DNA of 64,000 nucleotides from Octopus vulgaris (GCA_951406725.2 OX597814.1:2790001-2854000), one strand, 5' to 3'. Counted from the stretch's first letter, positions 38,217 through 53,869 are shown. A program made the numbers and translations. Notes: a model not told the origin generated them from the sequence alone.

Positions 38217-38654
38217 CCACATCACCATCATCATCAGCAGCATCGTCGTCATCGTCGTTGTCTTCGTCGTCGTCGTTATGGAGATCGACAGAAAGTTTAC
38301 TACCATTCCCGACATCATCGCCACATACCGATTTCATCAATAACATCAACACCACCGCCACTACCCTTTTCCTTACCATCCTCCTCCTCCTCCTCCTCAT
38401 CATCATCATCATCATCATCATCCCACCTCCATTATTATCATTCTCCTCCTGCGCTTTCTTTCCTCCGCCTCCTCCTCTTCCTTCTCACCATTACCGATAT
38501 CATCATCATGAACAGCAACAGTAGAAGCATCTCAGAAGCATGGAAAAGCAGCAGTGGTGGTGGTGGTGGTGGTAATAGTGGTGGTGGCAGTGGCGACGGC
38601 GGCAGGGGCGGTGGCGTCGGTGGTAGTGGTTGTGGTGGCTCTAGCAGTCGTAGC

Positions 38655-38755
<101 letters not shown>

Positions 38756-39149
38756 ATTTGGTGGTGGTGGTGTTGGTGGTGGTAGTAGTAGTAGTAGTAG
38801 TTATTTGGAGCCTGTGGGTCAAATATGTACCAGTCATGTACTAAGGTCGACTCAACAGAGCGTGTTTCACCGCCTCCACAACCACCGATGCCCACTGATC
38901 TTGTCTCTGGGCTAGAAATCATTATCATTGATCGTCATCGATCTTCTTCATTTTCTGTGATTCTAACAATGAGATAGATGTAAAACTGGAAATATATTGA
39001 ACACTTTGTTTTTTATTTGTTGTTTCCGCACCATCACTACCACCACCATCAACATTTTGTCCAAAGCTAGAGTTTTTATAAACACGAAGGTCCCTTTTTT
39101 TTTTTGCTGTTGTTGTTTTTATTGTGGAACCTTGAAAGTATCGTTTAGA

Positions 39150-40213
39150 AAAGTTTCAGCAAGAGCAATCCGTAGGAACGACTGGATTACGGGGATAGAG
39201 ATTGAAGAAATTCAGAGAAACATGATAAAAGAAAAATGAGCAGAAGGAGAGGGAAACAGCAGAAGCAGAAAACGGTAAGGAAGGGGTAAGAAGAGATGAG
39301 GAACAGGAAATGGATGGAAACCACAGAGCACCGGAGGATAATTGATAAAGTAACTAACGAAGACGATCTAGATGGACAGGTGAGAGGAAGAAGTGCAGAA
39401 GACTTGAATGATGAAGAGGAGGAGATTTTAGGAATGTCGTGAGGTAAAATGACTGATGGGAACAATGAAGTACCACCAAATGTAAGATATGTGGATAGGA
39501 AACAGGTGAGGAAAACCACAGACAAAGTAAAAGACGGTTTAAGCTTGATTAAAAGAGAAAACATCAGAGAAACAAAGCAGGTAATCATAGGTGCTGCTAA
39601 TGTCGTAGCTAACATAAAGTAGGCTAGAAGCGGAAAATTGAAGAATTGAAAAGGAAGAAGCAAACTGGCGGAAGAGAATATGAATGAAACTGGAAAAGAC
39701 ACGGAAAGGACTGGGACAATTGAAAAGGATAATGAGAGGGGAGCTCAAGAATAAGGGAGTAATCAGGAAATTGAATGGACAGTACAGGTTAGAAGAAAGG
39801 GGAAAAACAAACAGTACTTGAGGAATTGACACAAAAGATGACGGCATTAAAGGCCAAATTGAAAAGATAGGATGTTAGATGCAAGGTTTCAAACAGAATA
39901 GATTGTTCCAATCAAATAGAAAGCATCAGTTTGAGGAAATAGAGGGAGACCAATACCAAGAACTGATTCAAGATGCAGTAGAAAGTAAAGAAATTTTGGG
40001 AGACCTGTGGTACTGGCCGGCGAGTCATAAAGAATGCGTTGAGTGGCTAACAAAGGTGGAAAGACAATTTGCAATTGTACCAAACCAAAAGGACGTCAGA
40101 ATTAATCGATAAACAGAAGTTTACAACAATAGGAAATTGGAAAGAACCAGGTGTGGATACAAAGCTGTTGGCTGAAGATCTTTACACTGTTGAATGAAAG
40201 GATTGTTGCACAA
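39150..40213 (+). pseudogene. Decayed R4/Dong-like LINE ORF, region upstream of the RT
   Basis: RAIRRNDWITGIEIEEI...FKQNRLFQSNRK...DAVESKEILGDLW...HKECVEWL..VE are typical R4-clade motifs; many stops. Confidence 0.75.
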
Positions 40214-40230
40214 CATACATACATACATGC

Positions 40231-40294
<64 letters not shown>

Positions 40295-40436
40295 TATATA
40301 AGGAAATGAAGAAAATGCTGACAAAATAATTTAAGTAAGGGAGAATGTATTTAATTAGGTGAAAGGTCTTTTTACCGGTTGCATATATACATATATATAT
40401 ATGTACATACTTACATCTATATGTATATATACATGC

Positions 40437-40475
<39 letters not shown>

Positions 40476-40484
<9 letters not shown>

Positions 40485-40856
40485 ATTAGAGATAAAACCA
40501 CTATTAGGCAAATCAAACAATGAAAAACATAAGCCAATACATAAAATTAATTTAAAATATAAAGTTAAAAATATAAAATTATGTAAATAATTTAAACTTA
40601 TAAATTTTATATATATATACAAATATATATATGTATGTATGTATATTTTTATATTTATATATTATTTTATTAATTAATTTATTTATTTATTAATTAATTT
40701 ATTTATTTATTTTTTATATATATATCAAAAGTATTAAAAGTTTAATAAAAGGTTTTATCTCTAATTTAATATAATATAATACAATATATTTATACTATAA
40801 AATTGGATTTAATCCTAAATCTCATTTTCCCCTGTAAGTTTGGTTTTATTCCCTAA

Positions 40857-40862
<6 letters not shown>
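40476..40862. repeat. AT-rich element with short inverted arms between (TA)n tracts
   Basis: atattaaattagagataaaacc (about 40478) versus ggttttatctctaatttaatat (about 40751). Confidence 0.5.
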
Positions 40863-40928
<66 letters not shown>

Positions 40929-40931
<3 letters not shown>

Positions 40932-42096
40932 TACAGAACACCACAAATAAACGTAGAACACGAGAAACGAAAACATAAAATCAAACAAGGAAACGGACTT
41001 TTTTTAACAACGAAAAAACAGAGTACAGGACAAACACTACAAGGAAAATTCACCTTCATCAGCTGCCCCTGGTTCGACTCAATGCGTGTTTCGAAGGTGT
41101 ATTGTTTGCCCTGTACTCTGTTTTTTCATTGTTAAAAAAAGTCCGTTTCCTTGTTTGATTTTATGTTTTCGTTTCTCGTTGTGTTCTACGTTTATTTGTG
41201 GTGTCCTGTACTCATATATATGTTTGTATGTATGCATATATTTTATTTATTACACTATTGTATGACTGAGCGCCTTCGCGTCGATTCGATTCGATTCGTT
41301 TGGTTTCGTTTCGTTTCTTCTTATCTAAGCTGGTTTTTATATATAATTATGACGCGAAACCCTATAACTCCTTCTTCTCTCTTTCTTTCACCCTCTTTTG
41401 CTTCCTTCCTCTCTATCTCTCTCACTCCTCCACATCTCTCTCACAGCCGGGTCTACGAACTTCCTTTCGCTGGCGGCCTTATTCAAGTAAACATGTTTCT
41501 TCCTGCGCTCGTGAAAAAAAATTTTCCTCGTCTAGGCTTATAGGCCCTCTTTATTTGTTTTCCTGTCCTGTTTCTATTCCTTCTTGTACTGTATTTTTTG
41601 TAATTGTATTTTTATTTTGTATTTGTTTTTAATTGTATTGTTTTTACGTCCTGTTTTTGTCACATTTTTTTCCTTGTTTTTACCCCTCTGCAACGGAATT
41701 TTATTTAATTCTTTCGCAGGAAGGACTAGTTCGACGAGACGTGTTCTGTCCTCACCTTCGAAACACGCTGGAGTTGAATTAGGGACAGCTGATGAAGGGA
41801 ATATTTGCCTGTGTAGTTGTCTTGTACTCTGTTCTTTCGTTGTTAAAAAAATGGTCCGTTCCATGCTGTTTTTACGTTTTCATTTCTCGTTGAGTTCTAC
41901 GTCTATTTCTGGTGTCCTGTACACACGTATATATATTTATATATGCATGTACATATACATGTAGATGTAGGAACGTACATATATGTTTGTATGTATGCAT
42001 ATATTTTATTTATTACACTATTGTATGACTGAGCGCCTTCGCGTCGATTCGATTCGTTTGGTTTCGTTTCGTTTCTTCTTCTTCTCTAAGCTGGTT

Positions 42097-42097
<1 letters not shown>
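40929..42097. mobile_element. Family H5: inverted tail + partial unit + full about 760-bp tandem unit
   Basis: 40929-41040 inverts 41100-41213; tgtatgcatatattttatttattacactattgtatgactgagcgccttcgcgtcgattcg is repeated at about 41228 and 41992. Confidence 0.85.
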
Positions 42098-42129
<32 letters not shown>

Positions 42130-42202
42130 ATATACATATAGATGTAAGTATGTACATGTATGTATGTATATATGCATATGTTTTATTTATTTATTATATT
42201 GT

Positions 42203-42266
<64 letters not shown>

Positions 42267-42357
42267 ATATATATAGATGTAAGTATGTACATGTATGTAT
42301 GTATATATGCATATGTTTTATTTATTTATTATATTGTTATTATATATATATATATAG

Positions 42358-42388
<31 letters not shown>

Positions 42389-42432
42389 CATACATTTATA
42401 TATATATGTATATATATATATATGTATATTTA

Positions 42433-43187
<755 letters not shown>

Positions 43188-43450
43188 ACGTATGTATGTA
43201 TGTATATATATATATAATTATAATGAGGGTAACTATTGGGTAACTCCACATGCTAGAAATAGACGCTAAATGGCTCTAAAACTACCTTATTTATCACTTA
43301 GATACGGGTTGGGATATTTTGTATTAAATTTTTACCTAAATGGTTTCTCACATGCTAGCTACTTGATAAAATCCTATATGGATTTTTATCCTTGATTATA
43401 ATGATAAATATACATATATTCTTATACACACACACGTACATATACATATA

Positions 43451-43493
<43 letters not shown>

Positions 43494-43620
43494 CATATTA
43501 TATATTATATATTATATCCATACGCACACACACAGACTCGTGTTTCTGAATACAGACCCTTCATTTCACATGTACTATAATAGGAATACATAAATCGAAG
43601 GCTGTCGCTTTTATACACAC

Positions 43621-43722
<102 letters not shown>

Positions 43723-44869
43723 TCACATAAATGTTCATTCCTTTGATTCGGCCTTGTAATGTAACTGTTTGGGTATGCGTGTTTGTGTGCTTGTTTATGT
43801 GTTTGTGGAGTGTGTGTGTGTGTGTGTATGTGTGTGCGCGCGTGTGTGCGTGTGTTTGTCCGCCCGTTCATTCCCCTATATGTTTATTTACACATGCTGT
43901 CTGCCTATGAGAGAAGCAATACAGTAACACGAGGCGTTGGTACTAAAAGCTAGAAATAAAATAACATCTGAAAAACTTTCTTTTTCCAATTCCTTCCAGT
44001 TCTATCCTTCTCCCTCCCCCTCTCTCTCTTTTTTTCGCTCTCTCCCTCTCTCTGACTAACCCTGCAAACCGTCTCCAAGAGTCCACACAACTCTTATTTT
44101 TTTAATAATCTACAGCGTTGAAAGTATTCTTTTACCAGAACCAAACAAAAATAAGCAATATAACTTTATCTTTGTGTATTTTTCCTGTGTATTTTTCTTA
44201 TCAACGTAATTCTTTGAACGTGGCTTCAGATTCCGATAGGCCTTGTAAATCTTTTGTCAGTGTGACCTAACTACACCAATAGTCATGTTTTCACATCTAA
44301 TTTAAGAATTTGTTTCATGTCTCTTCGTATATCGTTCAACTTCAAGTCAAATATAACTAAAATAATTTATACTTGCCTTGACTTGGATTCTCAGTTCCTC
44401 GATGGAGTTTTAGGGATGCCTTTGTGACATTCGGTGTGTCTCGGCCATTTCTAGACCCAGTTCTCTGCCGCTTTGACCACTGCCGATTTATTCCAGAAGT
44501 GAAAAGCCAGACAGACGGAATGAGTGAGGGAAAAAAAACCAAACAGAATCGACCCTATTACAGGACGAGCCCTTTACTTATCTGTCTCTAAAGACCCAAA
44601 GATTAAGTTGACATCAGCCGGACTTGAACTCATGGCGCAGAGCAAAGCCTGTTACAACAGAGTAATCTATCCGACGCTCTAACGACTCTGCCGATCGGTC
44701 ACCTATAATTTAGGTATGGGGATTTTGGGTCGGGCGAATAGTTAGACCGAATGGCTTGCGGTATTTATTACGTCCGTTTACGGTGAGAGTTTAGTTTCCA
44801 CTGAGATCGAAGTCTCGCCGTTCTATGATCGATTAAATACACATCATGAATAAATTAGTATTGGTTTTA

Positions 44870-45240
44870 AATTTTGGTACATGCCCTGCAAGTTCGGCGG
44901 ATTACATCGAACCAAGTGCTCGGCAGGTACTTATTTTATCGATCCCCAGAGGATGGATGTCAAAGTCGACCTCGGAAGAATTTGAACTCAGAACAAAATT
45001 CCCGACGTGCTACCGATTCTTATTTCTTTATTGCCCACAAGGGGCTAAACATAGAGGGGACAAACAAGGACAGACAAAGGAATTGAGTCAATTATATTGA
45101 CCCCAGTGCGTACCTGGTACTTAATTTATCAACCCCGAAAGGATAAATGCCAAAGTCGACTTCCGAAGAATTTGAACTTAGAACTTAAAAGCGGACAAAA
45201 TTCCACTAAGCATTTTTCCCGATTCTGCCAGCTCGCCACC
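44870..45240 (-). mobile_element. Tandem SINE family A copies
   Basis: Reverse complement of the family A body twice; tail ...gcaataaagaaata. Confidence 0.82.
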
Positions 45241-45846
45241 TTTAGTTAAGTTAATACTAACATATTTAATGCAGTTGGTTCGACAAAATAAATCGATAAA
45301 ATATTTACCCGATTGAAAATAAGTGGTGGGCTAAGAATTGTTGACTAAATTTCTCCTTGCCAGTGCCCCATATTTTGTGTTTATTTGTTTTATGAAAGAA
45401 TCAACCCCACCCCTCTTTCCTCCTCGAGTCCTACAAGAGTGACGAAGCTAACTTCTCATTGAACAACTTCCAGACGACATTCTGTAGGAAAGCATTTCGG
45501 AACCATGTTGTGATGAGGAAGAAAGATTGGCCAGGAGGGACTGTGTGGTAAAAAGCCTGCTTCCCAACCACATGCTTCCGGGCTCAGTCCCACTGCGTGG
45601 CACCTTGAGTAAATGTCTTTTACTATATCTTCGGGCCGACCAAAGCTTTGTGAGTGGATTTGGTAGACGGAAATTGAAAGAGACCCGTTTTATGTGTGTG
45701 CATTTGTGTGTCTGTGTTTGTCCCCCTCACCATTGCTTGACAACCGATGCTGGTGTTTTTACATCCCCGTAACTCAGTTCGGCAAAAGAGACTGATAGAA
45801 TAAGTACATTAGAGACCAATATGTCACTGTATTACACTGTGTTACA

Positions 45847-46084
45847 GTTCTAGTTTGACCTGATGAGTTGTGTACGTTCTCTGTTGAATTGTTTATACAG
45901 ATTGGCGAATGGCGAGATATGTTGTCACGTGTATCTAACATTGCTTGTTGTTCTCTGCACAAAGCTAATATCAGGTTAAGGGGTGTTGGGATGGGGGGGG
46001 GCAAGGAAACATATGAAGCAGATTCGATATCAAAGCGACTACAGTTAGAGACCTGAATAATTTGTAACGATGAAGGTCGTATTT
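45847..46084 (+). repeat. Unclassified dispersed repeat, inverted copy at 51382-51631
   Basis: aacattgcttgttgttctctgcacaaagctaatatcaggttaag...gcagattcgatatcaaagcgactacagttagagacctgaat is shared. Confidence 0.85.
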
Positions 46085-46374
46085 CCTTAGTCCCTTATTT
46101 TATTACGTCCATGTAACTCAGCGGTTCAGCAAAAGAGACCGGTAGAATAAGTAGTAGTTTGACGAGTGGTGCGAGAGGATTAGGTGTGACTAAAGGGCTC
46201 TGGCTAGAGACTAATTATTTCCAGAAACACTGACCGCTGCTCTAACGATAAAAATGACCGAGTGAGGGGACAACATGTTTTGGAGGCTGATTGTGGAGTA
46301 CTGCTAAGTGACTTCAAGCGAAAAGTTTAACTGGATTTAGTTTAAATGTTGCCAACTCTATCACTATGTTTAGA

Positions 46375-46697
46375 GAAGGTGCGTGACTTCGTGGTTGGAG
46401 GTAATTGGCTCACCACCACAAGGTTGCGAGTACGATTCCCAGCGGCGCGTTGCGTCATCGAGTAAAACGCTTTATTTCACGTTTCTCCAGGTCACCCAGC
46501 TGGCAAAAGTAAGTTCTGCCTGTATTTCAAAGGGGCCAGTTCTGTTACATGCTGTGTCACACTGAATCTCCCGGGGAACTACTTATGGGTCTGCATAATT
46601 GTAGAATACTCAACCAGTTTCATGTTAATTTCGCGAGCAGGCCGTTCCGTTAATCGAATCAACAGGAAAACTCGTCGTCGTAACCGACGGAGTGCCA
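46375..46697 (+). mobile_element. Older SINE family C-related copy (also 56545-56843)
   Basis: tRNA-like head and tail ctcgtcgtcgtaaccgacggagtgc. Confidence 0.75.
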
Positions 46698-46925
46698 GCT
46701 TTTAGGTTTAACAATAAGAACGTCCCGAAGGTAGGAGAAATTGTTTATTGTTCTCTGAGAATCACAGAAAGTTTATCTTCTGGCGAATGTTCAGAAAACC
46801 TTTGAAGCTGATCCTGACAATACTTGTTCCCGAAGAAAAAAGCGACATCAAATGAATCTACGCAATTCATTAAAAGAGTTGCGTGCATAACATTTATGTT
46901 TTGTATACAGACAATACAACAGAAT

Positions 46926-47125
46926 ACAGTTCTGTATTTAAGAGATGAGGAATTATGTACATTATTTACATTATTTACCATTCGACGGATTTTTGTCCTC
47001 ATCTTGTTTGTTGTTAACACAACGTTTCGGCTGATATACCTTCCAGCCTTCATCAGGTGTCTTGGGGAAATTTCAAACCTGAGTTCTCATTCCAAGGGTG
47101 ATTTTCAATGTTGTTGTTGTTATTA

Positions 47126-47173
<48 letters not shown>

Positions 47174-47451
47174 TTATTATTATTATCATAATTATCATTA
47201 TTATTATTATTATTATTATTCACGCCACTGCCTGGAATCGAACTCGAATCTTGGGGTTAGTAGCCCGCGCTGTTAACCCCTACGCCATATGCCCGTGTTC
47301 CTTAAGAATGCCTTAGGAATGAGAACCCTGGTTCGAAATTACCCCCAAGACACCTGATTAAGGCTGGAGGGTATATCAGCCGAAACGTTGTGTTAACAAC
47401 AAACAAGATGAGGACAAATATCGGTCAAATGCAAATAATGTAAATAATGTA
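46926..47451 (-). mobile_element. tRNA-headed hammerhead element (family H1) with inverted tail copy
   Basis: Hammerhead 47016-47061 (-), (TAA)n, tRNA head 47225-47297 (-, box B gagttcgattcc), inverted tail 47311-47451 with second hammerhead 47349-47394; 13-bp TSD AATACAACAGAAT. Confidence 0.88.
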
Positions 47452-47679
47452 AATACAACAGAATGCTACAGCTTGTACTGTTCCTTGTCGCTGTGCAAAT
47501 AATCAATCTTAAACATAGGCGCATGAGTGGCTTTGGGGTAAGTAGCTTGCTTACCAGACACATGGTTACGGGTTCAGTCCCACTGCATGGCCTCTTGGGC
47601 AAGTATCTTCTACTATAGCCTCGGGCCGACCAAAGCCTTGTGAGTGGATTTCATAGACGGAAACTGAAAGAATCTCCTC

Positions 47680-47728
<49 letters not shown>

Positions 47729-47729
<1 letters not shown>

Positions 47730-49370
47730 TAGCATTAAAGACCCGTCGTTGCCGGGTCATAGTGCTAGTGCATGTATATATGTGTATATATATGTGTACA
47801 TATTACATGTATATCTATATATATATATACATCTACACATAAAATACAAAATACAAAGTTATATCTTGATATCGCTAGTGATAACAATACTCAAAATATA
47901 TAACAGACTGGAATTGTTAACCCGTCTCTTGTAATTTCGATGAATTGTATCTTGTCTTCCCTCTTGTATAGAAGTGTGGCTACAATCCAGCCTACCTCTA
48001 CTTCAGGGGGGTATTTAAAATTTTTTTCCGGGATGTCCTACGTCCCAGATATAAAGGTAAAAATAAAATATTTCCACTTTGCAAGTTCAAGTCGAGTATT
48101 CCCTTGCTCGCTCCGTTGACTCGAACCTTGCTTCTATTGTGGCGAATTTACCGCCTCTGATTTGATACCTTTCATAGTCGCACCAAGACACTTTTCGAAG
48201 GTGATTTCCTCTATGTGTTCAAATCTTCGTTTTTCTCTACATTGTATACTTTATAGACAATAGTCTTTTCTTTAATTTAATTTTTTATTATCCATCTGGA
48301 CAATTCCATTTCTGCACGCTAATTTTATTTCTAATTTATTCCCATTCATGTGAAACCACTTATTCAAGTTCAAGTCATTGAAGCAATTTTACACCAATTG
48401 CTATTTTAATTTAATGAGTTCGCGCCCGCCGACGGCTGCAGAGAAATTCAGTTTTGGACTTTCTTCTATCGAAGGCATTATAACAAAAATGCTTCCGTAT
48501 AAACGGTGAAAATATTGTCAATTTCCCCAAACAAGGACACAATTCAATTTTTAAACAATAACCAAAGATTCTTCTCCCAAAGGGTGAGGGTTACAGATTA
48601 CAATTATTTAACAAATGCAACCCAACAACATTTCTCTTACGAGGAACCAACAAACGTGATAACAATAGTGAAACAGTAATAATAATAACAACAAACCTTA
48701 CGGTGAATCAAAAAGCAGTACGCAGTTGAAGCTAAAGTCCTTTATGTATAAGAAATAAAACAACAGCAGTACTCAGTAGAAGCGGCTGTTCGAGAAAACA
48801 GACATTACATACAGCCAAACTTCATATAGATACTTAATGCTAGCTAATTAGCAGATAATCTAATGTAAAAGCCGTGGTAAACGATATGTGCACAGCTCCA
48901 TTTGGGCTATTCCATTTCTGCACACTAATTTTATATTTAATTTATTCCCATTCATGTGAAAGCACTTATTCAAGTTCAAGTCATTGATGCAATTTTATAC
49001 CAATTGCTATATTTACTTTTGTTATGTTACGATTATATTATACTTTAGTTTGATTTTAATTATTACTTACTACATATAATTCAATTGTTATTATTATTGT
49101 TATTGTTAAAGTGAAAGTATCTGACATAAAATAGAGAAACGTTTTTGTTTCACTTTTAACACGTAATACTGAAATAGTGGAGAAGATATGATATTGCTAT
49201 GGGCTAGCTCTAGGCAAGAAGTTGAACATTTTTTTTGCCCATGAAACTACATGGACCCTAAGTAAGGCATGTGTAAAATTTGAATGGAATTGGTTGTGTA
49301 GTTCTCAAGTTTTAGGGAAACACACAGACAGACAGACAGACACACATTCTCAGTTTTATATATATAAAGA
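47729..49370 (-). mobile_element. Non-autonomous Helitron
   Basis: Minus strand A|TC...(GTCT)n near the 5' end; GACCCG/CGGGTC hairpin 7 nt before CTAG|T; internal about 100-bp direct repeat at 48303-48405 / 48909-49010. Confidence 0.85.
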
Positions 49371-50326
49371 TAAAGATATATATATGTATGCATGTATTAT
49401 GTGTGTATGTGTGTATGTGTGTGCTTGTGTGTGTGTTTGAATCTGTGTTTGTTCCCCCAACATCACTTGACATCCGATGCTGGTGTACTCACTATTCACG
49501 CCCCCGTAACTTAGAGGTTTGGCAAAAAGAGACCGATAGAATAAGTATTGGGCTTACAAAGAATAAGTCCTAGGATCGATTTGCTCGACTAAAAGCGGTG
49601 CTCCAGCATGGCCACAGTCAAATGATTGAAACAAGCAAAAGAATACCATATTTTTTTCTCATTTAGACTTTCGTAACAGCTAGGTTCCTTTGCATCCCTG
49701 TTAGTTCAAATGCTTTGAATTTATGTCATTTTACCTGAGGCACAATGAGTTGTTATGTAGAAACATTATTCATACATAACAACCACGTGAGCACTGTATG
49801 CAAATTAGTTTCGTCGTGGCCGCTAAGTCCTCCTCATTTGCGTTTGATCCAAATATCAATTGTCAAAAAATTCCGTGAGCAGAAACATGTGGCGGCTGTC
49901 ATCTGGTTCTGATTCTTAGTCAACCAGCGCCAAAATGTACCAGGACATCCTTCTCGATTGTTCTAAGTACAAAGAGAATAACAAAGTACATTTACATCTG
50001 TCTAGAGTTTCGTAACGTAGGACTTAAAAATGGATGCGTATATATATATACGGGTTGTGTGCTGAATAAACGTTTACATTGTAACACACACGCACACACA
50101 CTCACACACATACACACACAAGTATATAAAGGTGTGTGTGTGTGTGTGAGTGAACGCATATATATATATTTCAATATATGTTTATGCATATAAGTATGTA
50201 TATGTGTGTTTGTATGTGAGCGCGTGTATATATATATATGTATACTCACGAAAGCACACGTCTCTCTCTCTTTCGCTCTCTCTCCATATATATATATATA
50301 TATATATACATATAGTATAGATAGAT

Positions 50327-50357
<31 letters not shown>

Positions 50358-50358
50358 T

Positions 50359-50426
<68 letters not shown>

Positions 50427-50652
50427 GAGAGAGACAGAGACAGACAGACAGACAGAGAGACAGACGGACAGACAGAGGGTCTGATATGGATGGAGGGAGG
50501 AATTCCGATATATTTATGAAAATGCTCATGGGCGTAAACCCTTCTAAATATGCACACCCGTTAATGATTATTTAATTAGTATCACAAAGAACGGATTAAT
50601 TCTCACACATACTCGCATATACACATGTACATAGCAGGACTGCGTATATAGA

Positions 50653-50706
<54 letters not shown>

Positions 50707-50839
50707 CGGTATGTGTTATATTTACATCAATCTGGAAGATATACAGATATAGAGTTTTCTTTGGCATATATATGAGAGGTGGGGGTGGCAAGGAAAAACT
50801 ATAGTCGGTATGTGTGTCTTTGCCCCAATGCCTGTGAGT

Positions 50840-50908
<69 letters not shown>

Positions 50909-51180
50909 GTATGTGTATATATATATATATATACATACATATATGTATGTATATATATATATGCATGCATAAATGTATATGTATATATACATATATATAT
51001 GTATATATATATGTACATATATACATATATATGGGTATATATATGTATATATACATATATATGTATATATGTAAATACTATATATACAGATGTATATATA
51101 TATCTATATACACACACATATGTATATACACATCTGTATATATGTATGTGTATATATATATATATATATATGTGCGTGTG

Positions 51181-51213
<33 letters not shown>

Positions 51214-51764
51214 TGAGGGAAAGATAGAGAGAGAGAAAGAGAGAGAGTTATGCATGTGTATATATATATATATATGTCTATATGAATGTATGAATTCTTA
51301 TCTCACTCTTCAATATCGCATTTCTCATCACACTACGTGTAATATCCTGTCTTCCCGACAACATCCTTATCAGGGCTAATAAAATACTACCTTCGTCGTT
51401 ACAAACAATTCAGGTCTCTAACTGTAGTCGCTTTGATATCGAATCTGCTTCATATGTTTCCTTGCCCCCCACCACCACCACCATCCCAATACCTCTTAAC
51501 CTGATATTAGCTTTGTGCAGAGAACAACAAGCAATGTTAGATAGACAGCGCGACAAAGTATCTCACCATTCGCCATTCTGTAGAAGCAATTCAACATTGA
51601 ACGCGCACAACGCATCAGGCCAAACTAGAACAGAGTAAAAATATTCTGGAAACTCGCCGCGTACGGGCAGCTGATGGCTGGTGGACCGGCACCGGTCCGA
51701 TTCCTACCACTTTGAGTAGCATTGTTCTAAATGACTTGAGATACTCGTCCTGTTTGGGTTTTTG

Positions 51765-51972
51765 TTGCCCTTTTCCCTCAAATATAATCCGTGGAATAAG
51801 CTGCCGGACGAGATAGTGAAGATGCCGACGACCGCTCGGTTCAAAGTCTCTATTGACCAGAAATGGCCTGAACTCTTTGCATGAACACCCTCCCTGTACA
51901 TAACTCCATGTCCCCCTACATGGCTTTGCTTTTTGCTTTTTGAGCCAAAATTTAACTTAATTTAACTTAACT
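51765..51972 (+). mobile_element. 3' end of a CR1-clade LINE
   Basis: NPWNKLPDEIVKMPTTARFKVSIDQKW matches WN.LP..VV......FK..LD; short (TAACT)-like tail. Confidence 0.75.
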
Positions 51973-52162
51973 ATATATACCTTCTAACTCGGAACTCTAA
52001 TACGGATCCCCTCTAGCTCCAGTACATGTTTCAATTGTACCGATTAGTAAATAAAACCTCGAGAGCAAATTGTTTTGGGGCAGCCACCTTACTATTTACA
52101 AATACATGTGTGTGTGTGTGTGTGTGTGTATACGTATGTATATGTATGTGTATACGTGTGTA

Positions 52163-52375
52163 AGGCGGCGAGCTGGCAGAAACATAGCGCGCCGGTACGA
52201 AATGCTTAGCAGTATTTTTTCTGCCGTTACGTTCAAATTCCGCCGAGGTCGACTTTGCCTTTCATCCTTTCGGGGTCGATAATAAAGTACCAGTTTCGCA
52301 CTGGGGTCGATGTTCCCTTTGTCTGTCCTTGTTTGGCCCCTCTATGTTTGGCCCCATGTGGGTAATAAAGAAATA
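52163..52375 (+). mobile_element. SINE family A
   Basis: Matches 18653-18882. Confidence 0.85.
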
Positions 52376-52677
52376 TATATATATATATGACCTTCGAGAA
52401 CGCGGTGTAGATGAAAAACAGGCGACTGAAGAAGGGCGAATTTTCCTTGTTTTGTATGTCCTGTACTCTATTTTTTCGTTGTTTAAGAAAAATGTCCATT
52501 TCGTTGGTTTTGTGTTTATGTTTTCGTTTCTCATTGTGTTCGACGGTTTTGGGTGTCCTGTACCCATATATGCATGTATATATACATGTAGAGGTAGGTA
52601 CGTACATATATGTATGTATTGATCTGTCCATCAGCGTGTGACAACCATCGGTTAGCGATGGGAAGTGATTCTCAATG

Positions 52678-52727
<50 letters not shown>

Positions 52728-52913
52728 AATAAGAAAATGGAGAAACAAATTCATTTCGATCATCAACTTACGGATATTACAATTTCACATTATTAATTAT
52801 ACAAATGGGAACATATATATATATATATATACTTTTTCCAGTGACGAAAAGTCATTGGTCTCGAAAAAGTGGAAACAACCAATAATAAATCTTTCTCTCT
52901 CTTTCTATATATA

Positions 52914-52984
<71 letters not shown>

Positions 52985-53131
52985 TTATCAGCTGCACTAC
53001 TCATGGTCTCCACACTACCACCAACACAACGTTAGCACCACTCTACACTCCATCCATACAACCTGAAAAAAATTGGAAGAGGATGTTCACGGTTGGAAAG
53101 CTCGTCGGAGCAAATCAACGACACTACAACC

Positions 53132-53180
<49 letters not shown>

Positions 53181-53500
53181 GCAACACCACCGCCGCCACC
53201 ATCAGCAATACCTACGATATCACCATCATCATTCACAGTACTATTATTACCACAACAGCAACAACAACACTCGCTGCCTGCACCACCATTCACTGTATTA
53301 TCACCGCCACCACCACCACCACCACCACCTGTACTGGTGCCACAATCAACAATCTGATCGTCTATTTAAGACAGAATCTATCCGATAGGAGAGGCGATAA
53401 GCTATCACTTCTTGAGTGATGTAAAGCTGCGTTTGAGGCGCCAGCCTGCTTCTTTACACATTTCAGTCAATTAAAGACTGTAAAGGGACACTTAGAACCA

Positions 53501-53587
<87 letters not shown>

Positions 53588-53869
53588 ACACGCACACACA
53601 CACACACACACACGTCTCTGTGTTTTCTTGTGTTCTTAGAAAGAAACATGAAGAATGGAAGCTCCAACAGCTTTCTACTGTCTGTCATTTGAATCGGTTT
53701 AACATCACTGTTTGCTGTTGTCGATGTTGTTGCTGCTGCTGCGACTACTGCTGCTGCTACTGCTGTTGTTGTTGTTGTTGTTCCATGTAAAAGATGGAGA
53801 TTTCTTTTGAAGGGAGGAACCTGCTATTTTTTTTTATTAATTATTTATCTGTTATCGTTTAGCCATCAC

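Noticed and set aside
44180-44405. Possible R4 endonuclease remnant (-)
   Set aside because: Similarity too faint to support by eye.
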